Positions 55,271 to 62,458 of a stretch of 64,000 bases of DNA are shown here, in pieces. Each line of letters begins with the position of its first letter. Within the stretch, counting starts at the first letter, position 1. This stretch comes from Rhodothermales bacterium (GTDB taxonomy: Bacteria > Bacteroidota > Rhodothermia > Rhodothermales > DASSAV01): the NCBI GenBank assembly GCA_041690215.1, contig JAWLHQ010000003.1, positions 330,518 through 394,517 of the forward strand, written 5' to 3'. Under the pieces are notes generated by a model. That model was not told where the DNA came from and did no database searches. It worked only from the letters and a program-made list of their open reading frames with translations. The translations under genes were made by a program, and so were the position numbers.

Positions 55271-55745
55271 CTCGTGCTTCCGACTCACGTAAACGAAGTG
55301 ACTACAGTGCGGCCACGACAGGCCAGACGAGGCGGTCCCGCCAGTTGCGCAGCGGGAAGAAGGAGGGTTTAACCTCGCAAAAACGGATACCTTAAAAAAT
55401 ATAGCCTACCCTTTAAAAGCAAGTAAAGGATAGGCAATATTTGCCGCCGGTGCATGCTACCGAACGGTAGGACGTTCACCGCAGGCAGGGGACTTCCGCT
55501 TACAACGCGCCCGTCATTGTAAATAGCAGAATCCGCGCCAATTTGCGGCCTCACGAGGCATGTCGAAGCAAACAGCGCTGCGGCTGTTCGCCGGATCCCC
55601 AGAAAAGGTGCAGGGCGGCGGCTACCGATCGAGGAATCGTGCGTTAAACAAGGCTAGCGATGTAGCTCTTTCTCCACAGGAATGAGCGGAGACACGCTTC
55701 ATTCGGAAAGCTCCATTCGCAAACGTCCCTGCATCGTCCACTAAG

Positions 55746-56672
55746 ATGATCCCTATGTCCACCCGTTTCCTCACCCTGATCGGAATTGCCGTTACGCTTT
55801 GCGCGCATCCGGCCCGCGCACAACATGCCGATGCGCTGACGCAAGGCTATCCTCCATCGCTCTGCGCCAGTTGTGCCGAATGGAACGCGCCCGAGGCCCC
55901 CTTCCGGATTCATCGCGATACGTATTATGTGGGTACCCACGGCCTGAGCTCGATCCTGATCACATCTCCGGAAGGGCACATTCTGATCGACACCGGCCTT
56001 CCGAATTCAGCGCCGATCATTCTGGAGAACATCCGCGCGCTCGGCTTCGATCCCTCCGACATCGAGCTCATCCTCAACACGCATCCCCACTTCGACCATG
56101 CAGGCGGGACCGCAGCGATCCAGCAGGCCAGTGGAGCACGTGTAGCGGCGAGTCCGGCAAGCGCGCTTGTCCTCGAGCGCGGCAGCAGCGGTCCTGACGA
56201 CCCGCAGTATGGTATACTGTTCGATTTCCCATCCGTATCCGGAGTAGAGCGGTTCACACCGGGCGATACGCTCCGGGTCGGCCCCATCGAGGTGGTCTCA
56301 CACGCGACCGCAGGCCACACACCGGGTGGAACGACCTGGTCATGGGAGTCCTGCGACAACGATGGCTGCGTGGACGTGGTCTATGCCGATAGCCAGACGC
56401 CCATCTCCGCAGAGGGCTTCCGGTTCACGGACAGTGAGACGTACCCGAACGCTGTAGCCGACTTCGAACATGGTCAGCGTGTGCTGGAAACCATGCCGTG
56501 CGACATCCTGATTACGGCCCATCCGGGCGCGTCCTCACTATGGGAACGACTTGCCGATGGCAAGGAAGGCCTCATCGACCCGGAAGCATGCCGGCGGTAT
56601 GCGGCATCCGCACGGCAGCAACTTACTATCCGACTGGCACGTGAGGCCGAAGCATCCCGAAACCAGCGATGA
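55746..56672 (+). CDS. Subclass B3 metallo-beta-lactamase-like protein
   Basis: 308 aa. Signal peptide LTLIGIAVTLCAHPARA. YYVGTHGLSSILITSPEGHILIDTG, NTHPHFDHAGG (H116-x-H118-x-D120-H121 equivalents), AGHTPG (H196), and ITAHPG (H263). Confidence 0.8.
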   Translation: MIPMSTRFLTLIGIAVTLCAHPARAQHADALTQGYPPSLCASCAEWNAPEAPFRIHRDTYYVGTHGLSSILITSPEGHILIDTGLPNSAPIILENIRALGFDPSDIELILNTHPHFDHAGGTAAIQQASGARVAASPASALVLERGSSGPDDPQYGILFDFPSVSGVERFTPGDTLRVGPIEVVSHATAGHTPGGTTWSWESCDNDGCVDVVYADSQTPISAEGFRFTDSETYPNAVADFEHGQRVLETMPCDILITAHPGASSLWERLADGKEGLIDPEACRRYAASARQQLTIRLAREAEASRNQR

Positions 56673-56684
56673 AGAAAACCGGCT

Positions 56685-56726
56685 GTGGAGCTATCCGGGA
56701 GGCAGCCCCCTCCCGGATAGCTCCAC
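56685..56726. terminator. Hairpin between the convergent MBL and receptor genes (bidirectional terminator candidate)
   Basis: 18-bp perfect stem gtggagctatccgggagg / cctcccggatagctccac with a 6-nt loop, between the stops at 56672 (+) and 56747 (-). Confidence 0.65.
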
Positions 56727-56746
56727 GGTATCGGTCCGGTCTACCC

Positions 56747-58987
56747 TTAGAAGTAGACCTTGTACAGCAGCCGGAGATTCAAACCGGGCTCGGGCATGAT
56801 CACTTTGACGCGAGATAGATGATCGTGGTATTCCGCGTTGGTCAGGTTCTCGATCGTCAGATCGAACGTATGCAGCAGGTTGCCGGTTGACAGGTAGAAC
56901 TGCCCGAATGCATCGAACACGACGTACCCATCCGTCCGTTCTTCGAATGCTCCCAGCCGTTCCTGCGCGGTGGCGGCTCGCGCGGCGAGGCCCAGCGTGA
57001 TCGGGCCGTTCCGGTATCGTAGCCCGGTCCGACCCGTCAGCGGAGGCATGAACGGCAGGGGATCGCCCGAATCCGTGAAGGTGCCGCGCACGTAGCTGGC
57101 ACTCCCCTCCACCCCGAACCCGAACCCGATGGGCACCGAAGCGGAAGCCTCACCGCCGATCATCGTGGCAGTCGCTCCCCGAAACTGGTAAATGGGAAGG
57201 AGCACCGAATAAGTCGTATCTCCCGTGTTCTGCGGGTGGATATAATCCTGGATGTAGTTGCCGAAGAGCGCGAGCGAGGCACTCGCACGCGTTCCGGCAT
57301 ACCGGGCGGTTGCTTCAACGCCCCAGCCCCGCTCCGAATCGAGATCGGCGTTGCCGACTTCGAAAGAATAGGAGGCCAGGTGGGGGCCTTCCGAGTACAG
57401 TTCCTCAACGCCGGGCATCCGCAGGGACCGCATCAGGGTAAGCCCGGCCGTAACCTGCCTCGAAGGCCGCCACGTACCGGCCAGGGACGCGGATACACCG
57501 CTGAAGGTACGCTGCCGGATGAAGCCCACCCGCCGCGACTCTTTCTCGTGCTCCGGCGTCACGGCCCGGTAATCGAACCGCAGACCGCCCTGGATCGAAA
57601 CAGCCCCCACCGTAGCTTCCTGGAATGCAAACGCCGCCACCGTCTGCTCGGCGGCATTCGGCGTAAAGCTCAGCCCACCGGATGCCACGCTCCGGAGCTC
57701 GCCCCACATCCCGACGGCCCCCTTCGTGAACGGGCCCAGCCCGGCGGTATAGCCGACCACCGACGCCTGCCCCGACAGGATCCCGTACTCTACACCGACG
57801 ACGTCTCTCGACTCGAACTCCTGGTGGAAGTACCGCGAGAACTGGGTGCGCCCTTCGACACGCTGCAACCATGCGGCACGGGGCAGGTATTCCCCGCGCA
57901 ACTCGGCGTGCTTCCGGTCGATCCGGATATCGACGCCATTCGGATGGGCACCGACGAAACCACCCGGAATCCCGTATTCCGAGTAGTAATAGCCGCCGGC
58001 ACCGCCTATGTAGCCACGCTGCCCGATCCTGCTCACACCGGCCGACGCGTTGTACGTCGATAGCGCCGTATTGCCGAGTTTCCCGGCTGGTGTCTGGAGA
58101 TCACCGGCCTGCCGAATACTCCCGTCCATGCTGACGGACAACGGACCCACCGGAGCCGTGAGCATCAACCCACCCGATAGGCCCTCGTTGACGGACTGCC
58201 CCTGCACACTCATACCCACGTGCAACCCATCGGGCCGTACGGACGGGACAGACCCGCGCACCACATTCACGACGCCTCCGAGCGTGTTGGACCCATAGAC
58301 CAGGGCCGCCGGACCGCGGACAATCTCGATCCGTTCCGCCGTCATGGGTTCGATGACGACTGCGTGGTCGGAGGATACCGCCGAGAGGTCACCCGTACGC
58401 CCGCCGTCCTCCAGGACGAGCAGGCGCTCCCCCCCGAGCCCGCGCAACACAGGCCGCGCGGGAGCCGGGCCCATGGACCGCATCGCAATGCCGGGCTGGT
58501 CATTCAGCGTTTCCGCAATGGTGGTTCCCAGATGCTGGCGGAGGTCCCGCCCCTCGACGGAAAGAGCCGGATCGGCCAGCGTACCAGAATCACGATCGCC
58601 CTCCACCACGACCCCGTCCGCTGAAACAGCGGAACTGGTCATATCGATGTCCACCCGGACGGTGTCCCCGGAGGGCACCGTGATCCGTCGTGCAATCTGC
58701 TCATATCCGATCCGAAACGCCTTTAACGTATACGTGCCTGCCGGGATACCGGCCAACTCGAACCGCCCGTTTGCATCAGACGTCGTTCCGCGATTCAACT
58801 CCTCCAGAACGACCTGTGTAAAGCTCACCGGGGCGTGTGAATCGGCATCGTGTACAGCGCCAGCAATTACTCCAGGGCTCTGGCGCTGCGGCTGCGCTGT
58901 CACTCCCGAGGGCCATATTCCACCCAGCACCATCAGGGCACCGAGCAAGAATACCGGCCCGTACTTGCGTGGTCCGGACGGTTTCAT
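56747..58987 (-). CDS. TonB-dependent receptor with carboxypeptidase-regulatory-like N-terminal domain
   Basis: 746 aa. Signal peptide. GVIAGAVHDADSHAPVSFTQVVLEELNRGTTSDANGRFELAGIPAGTYTLKAFRIGY, plug (IEIVRGPAALVYGSNTLGGVVNVV), and a terminal ...LLYKVYF aromatic residue. Confidence 0.9.
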   Translation of the reverse strand: MKPSGPRKYGPVFLLGALMVLGGIWPSGVTAQPQRQSPGVIAGAVHDADSHAPVSFTQVVLEELNRGTTSDANGRFELAGIPAGTYTLKAFRIGYEQIARRITVPSGDTVRVDIDMTSSAVSADGVVVEGDRDSGTLADPALSVEGRDLRQHLGTTIAETLNDQPGIAMRSMGPAPARPVLRGLGGERLLVLEDGGRTGDLSAVSSDHAVVIEPMTAERIEIVRGPAALVYGSNTLGGVVNVVRGSVPSVRPDGLHVGMSVQGQSVNEGLSGGLMLTAPVGPLSVSMDGSIRQAGDLQTPAGKLGNTALSTYNASAGVSRIGQRGYIGGAGGYYYSEYGIPGGFVGAHPNGVDIRIDRKHAELRGEYLPRAAWLQRVEGRTQFSRYFHQEFESRDVVGVEYGILSGQASVVGYTAGLGPFTKGAVGMWGELRSVASGGLSFTPNAAEQTVAAFAFQEATVGAVSIQGGLRFDYRAVTPEHEKESRRVGFIRQRTFSGVSASLAGTWRPSRQVTAGLTLMRSLRMPGVEELYSEGPHLASYSFEVGNADLDSERGWGVEATARYAGTRASASLALFGNYIQDYIHPQNTGDTTYSVLLPIYQFRGATATMIGGEASASVPIGFGFGVEGSASYVRGTFTDSGDPLPFMPPLTGRTGLRYRNGPITLGLAARAATAQERLGAFEERTDGYVVFDAFGQFYLSTGNLLHTFDLTIENLTNAEYHDHLSRVKVIMPEPGLNLRLLYKVYF

Positions 58988-59445
58988 TGCTCGGTTACTT
59001 CAATGGGAATGTTCTTGCTGGAGAAGTCGAAATGGTCGCCGTGCCCGATGTGCACGCGGAGCGTGGTCGTCCCTACCTGTTTGCCCAGGACATGAAACTC
59101 GTCGTGCCCATCCTCCTCGTGTTGCTCCACTTCCGCGATCGTCTCGTCGCCTACCTCGAACACGATGTCATGATCATCCTCTGCATGATCGTGCTCGATC
59201 TCCTCACCATCCGCATCCAGAAAGTGAACGTGGATGTGGTCCGTCTCCGCACCAACGGCTACCGTAATCTGGCCCGTTACCACTCCATTCTCGTAGGTGA
59301 CAATCTCCTCACCATTCATCTCCAGCACGAGACCTTCCGGCCTGATGTGCTCCTCTTCTCCGTCACTATCGACCCAGTCGCAGCCAGAAATCGTACCGGC
59401 TGCAACAACAAAACCTGCTAAAACCAGAACCTTGAATATCCTCAT
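58984..59445 (-). CDS. His/Asp/Glu-rich lipoprotein, putative metal-binding partner of the receptor
   Basis: Internal ATG 59445 of ORF 58984..59571 gives MRIFKVLVLAGFVVAAGTISGCD (lipobox). HIHVHFLDADGEEIEHDHAEDDHDIVFEV...EQHEEDGHDEFHV...HIGHGDHFDF follows. Its stop overlaps the receptor start (ATGA). Confidence 0.6.
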   Translation of the reverse strand: MRIFKVLVLAGFVVAAGTISGCDWVDSDGEEEHIRPEGLVLEMNGEEIVTYENGVVTGQITVAVGAETDHIHVHFLDADGEEIEHDHAEDDHDIVFEVGDETIAEVEQHEEDGHDEFHVLGKQVGTTTLRVHIGHGDHFDFSSKNIPIEVTEQ

Positions 59446-59692
59446 GATCTCCCTCGACAGATGTGAACCCCGGATGGGGTATGTACACGCAAGATGAGTA
59501 AGGCGTGTCGGATCGAGGGATGCACGGCTACCCTGGACGCCACTGCTCCGGGCACAGACCACGGGAGCCATTCGCCAGTGTAACCGCTAAACCAGGATGG
59601 TGCGGACAAGCAGCGGGTTGGAGCACCTACAAACCGGCTCCGACTGCATCATGCGCTACACGTAATCCCGCCGCAAAGTACCCCTCGATCCA

Positions 59693-60109
59693 TCAGGCGA
59701 GGGGCGGTCCCCGAACGGGGCAATAGAGAGAAACGAGAGGGAGAGAAAGGGTGCCGGGAACATCGTTGATCGTCCAGATCAGACGCCCTGGAATGATCGA
59801 CACATGCTCCTGCACCTCCCAGGCCGACAACCCGGAACACAGAAAGCAACCAACCTCCAGGTGAACGTAGGACTGCGGAGCGGTACTCACCGCAGGCAGG
59901 TCGCTATGCGTGTGGCCGGTGCCATCGACCGTCGCCTGCTCGTGCGCGTGAAGCTCGTGCGCGTGTTGGATCTGATGAACCTGTGGCGCAACCATCCCTC
60001 CGACCATGAAAATGGCCAGCAGGAAGAGCGCGCCGATTCGGTTCACCTGATGCATAGACTGACCGAACGAGTTTCGTCGGAAGGGAAGTAGTGGAGCGTC
60101 AAGGCTCAT
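59693..60109 (-). CDS. Hypothetical small His-rich membrane-anchored protein
   Basis: ORF-track 138 aa (ATG 60109; ATG 60055 also possible). TM segment IGALFLLAIFMVGGMVAP followed by VHQIQHAHELHAHEQATVDGTGHTH and a CFLC pair. It is separated from the lipoprotein gene by 247 bp. Confidence 0.35.
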   Translation of the reverse strand: MSLDAPLLPFRRNSFGQSMHQVNRIGALFLLAIFMVGGMVAPQVHQIQHAHELHAHEQATVDGTGHTHSDLPAVSTAPQSYVHLEVGCFLCSGLSAWEVQEHVSIIPGRLIWTINDVPGTLSLPLVSLYCPVRGPPLA

Positions 60110-60158
60110 TGGATGAGCAGATCGGCCATATCCGGGTTATCTGCTATCTCTACCATCC

Positions 60159-60270
60159 GTCATCCCGAGCGCAGCCGAGGACACGAGACGGAGCCGACTG
60201 TCGAAGAAATCCCATATAGGAGCATAGCGGTGCTACTTTGGTGCGATTCTTCGGCTCCGCTCAGCTCAGC
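60159..60270. repeat. Decayed MITE/REP-like element with imperfect terminal inverted repeats
   Basis: The left end gtcatcccgagcgcagccgagga pairs imperfectly (15 of 21 by my count) with the right end gattcttcggctccgctcagc. The gtcatcc(c/t)gagcgcagc...ttcttcgg...gctcag pattern resembles a repeat I have seen in many bacterial genomes. Confidence 0.35.
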
Positions 60271-60297
60271 CTATCATGATTGATAGGATACTAGAAT

Positions 60298-60876
60298 TTA
60301 GCCTACCGGGGTCGAACCCGCAACCAGTGGATACTCGGCCTCCACCTCGCCCCGCGCCATCTCCCGCAGCCGGCGCTTCAACAGCCTGCGCCGGAACGGG
60401 CTGATGCGGTCGATGAACAGGATGCCTTCGAGGTGATCGTACTCATGTTGCACGACGCGGGCGAGCATGCCCTGCGCATTCAGTTCATGCGGTTCGAAGT
60501 TCCGATCCAGATACGTCATGCGCACCTGATCCGGGCGCGTGACCGTCTCTCGGAGATCCGGAATGGAGAGGCATCCTTCCTCGAAATCACAATCCTCCTC
60601 CCCTTCTTCCACGATCTGTGGATTGATAAAGACCATCGGCTGCTCGGGAATCGTCTGGCCTTCCTTCTGAAGCTCATCGGCCATCGGGGTCAGATCGACC
60701 ACGAAGATCCGCTCGCGCCGGCCGACCTGCGGCGCCGCAAGCCCGATTCCGGATGCACCGTGCATCGTCTCAATCATATCATCGATGAGCTGCTGCACCT
60801 CCGGTGTGTTTTCGGTCACATCGACCGTCTTCTCACGCAAGATCGGCTCACCGTATACGTATATCGGTAATACCAT
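60298..60876 (-). CDS. def: Peptide deformylase
   Basis: 192 aa. GIGLAAPQVG, EGCLSIP, and QHEYDHLEG. Confidence 0.95.
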   Translation of the reverse strand: MVLPIYVYGEPILREKTVDVTENTPEVQQLIDDMIETMHGASGIGLAAPQVGRRERIFVVDLTPMADELQKEGQTIPEQPMVFINPQIVEEGEEDCDFEEGCLSIPDLRETVTRPDQVRMTYLDRNFEPHELNAQGMLARVVQHEYDHLEGILFIDRISPFRRRLLKRRLREMARGEVEAEYPLVAGSTPVG

Positions 60877-61063
60877 AGAAATGTTTGTATAACGATTCTA
60901 TTGTCTCGCTCACATTCATCTGTGAGGAGATAAGGTAAACGGCAAGCAAACGAAAAGGTGCCTGTCGTACTCGCGTTCTCAACACAAGACCTGGGCCGTA
61001 AAAACCCACTGAACCGAGCCACAATCAGCGATTCCGCGTGCTAGATCCGGACGCCCCTGCGTC

Positions 61064-61507
61064 TCACAATGCTCCGCCCGTGCTGTCCAGATATTCCTGG
61101 AGAATCACCGCTGCAGCGGCGGCATCCACGCGGGCTTTGTCCCGCCGGGCTTTTCGCCGGGCGCCCGACTCGCGAATGGCCCTTTCGGCGATCTGCGAGG
61201 TGAACAGTTCATCCCATTGCACGATCTCGACGGAAGGAAACAGCTCGCGCAGCCGCTCGATGAAGGGCCGCACGAAGGCGGTGGCCGCCCCCTCCGTCCC
61301 GTCCGGCAAAACGGGCCAGCCGACTACGATGGTGGCAAGCCCGTGCTCCTCGTACAGCCGAAACAGGACCTGCTCCGCCTCGGCCGGACTGAACGTACCG
61401 TAGGGCTGGGCGAACATACGGAGCGGATCGGCGAGCGCGATGCCGACGCGCTTGGTGCCGTAATCCACGCCCACTACACGAGCCGGTATATGCCCTATGA
61501 CGTCCAC
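61064..61507 (-). CDS. ruvX: Holliday junction resolvase-like protein RuvX (YqgF)
   Basis: 147 aa with a GTG start. VVGVDYGTKRVGIALAD and WDELFTS. Confidence 0.9.
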   Translation of the reverse strand: MDVIGHIPARVVGVDYGTKRVGIALADPLRMFAQPYGTFSPAEAEQVLFRLYEEHGLATIVVGWPVLPDGTEGAATAFVRPFIERLRELFPSVEIVQWDELFTSQIAERAIRESGARRKARRDKARVDAAAAAVILQEYLDSTGGAL

Positions 61508-61546
61508 CTCTTCTCCTTGAGCTTGCCTTATGGCACAACATACATA

Positions 61547-61584
61547 GAAATAGGGCCGGGAAGTTTTCCTCCCGGCCCTATTTC
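61547..61584 (-). terminator. Hairpin after the HU/IHF gene
   Basis: 15-bp perfect stem gaaatagggccggga / tcccggccctatttc with an 8-nt loop, 35 nt after the stop at 61619. Confidence 0.6.
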
Positions 61585-61618
61585 ATACACACCACTAAAC
61601 GCGTAATGCGTTCGATTA

Positions 61619-62026
61619 TCAGACCAGACCACCGGCAGCGGCATGTCCGTTCTGCTTCGTCATCAGAGCGGACTTATCGGCACTGCCATCCGGAATAACG
61701 TAGTTCAGCTCCTTCAACGGCGTCTGCAGGACCGACTTCAGACGCTTGCTGGGCTTGAAATGGGTCTTCCGACGGCTGGGAATGAATACCGTTTCGTTCG
61801 TCTTCGGATTGCGGGCCTTCGGCTTGGCTTTCGTCTTTTTGACCTCGAAGACACCGAAATCGCGCAATTCGATGCGGACCTCCGGGTCGGCCTCGATCAT
61901 CAACTCGCCGAGGGCCTGGATGACAGCGCTCACCCACGGCTCGCTCTTGTAGATGGGCTCATCGACGAGCTCCGACACGCGGCGCGCTACGTCTTTTTTC
62001 GTAAGTGTCTTCGGTCGGTCTTGCAT
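61619..62026 (-). CDS. HU/IHF-family DNA-binding protein with terminal extensions
   Basis: ATG 62026 (the ORF-track TTG is at 62038). LTKKDVARRVSEL..., RDFGVFEVKKTKAKPKARNPKTNETVFIPSRRKTHFKPSKRLK (beta-arm with the conserved Pro). Confidence 0.8.
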   Translation of the reverse strand: MQDRPKTLTKKDVARRVSELVDEPIYKSEPWVSAVIQALGELMIEADPEVRIELRDFGVFEVKKTKAKPKARNPKTNETVFIPSRRKTHFKPSKRLKSVLQTPLKELNYVIPDGSADKSALMTKQNGHAAAGGLV

Positions 62027-62458
62027 GATACGGGTCAAATTGAGGAAGAGTGGTTGTAACGGTCAGTTCATAGACTTCGCTTCCAGCCAAACCACAACCC
62101 TGCACGTTATGCTCTGCTCAAGGCAAATTACAAACTACTGACCACTAGCGCTATCTTTAGCGAACACAAGTGGTTCGGCCTTGTATAGGACAGCAGTTTA
62201 CAAAACAGATCGCCTCTTTCCACACTCAATCTACAAAATCTACAGGTTACGTTACAAACTATTTATCTTTTCTCCACTTAATGGGTCAGATCAGATAATG
62301 AAGCAACGCCTGTGGTCCGTCGTACAGGAGCCACTGCCCAAAAAACGGACCATTCCTGTAGATTTGAGACCCGATAGAGATGCCCTGACCGCCCCTGCCG
62401 CAGGTACGCAGGATCGTTAGAGCCCCACAACCGACCACCTGGGTCCGCGCCGGCACCG

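Noticed and set aside
60303-60335. tRNA-like GGTTCGA(C)CCC T-loop motif on the reverse complement
   Set aside because: I could not fold a cloverleaf (T-stem or acceptor stem) around it, and it lies inside the 3' end of the def coding frame.
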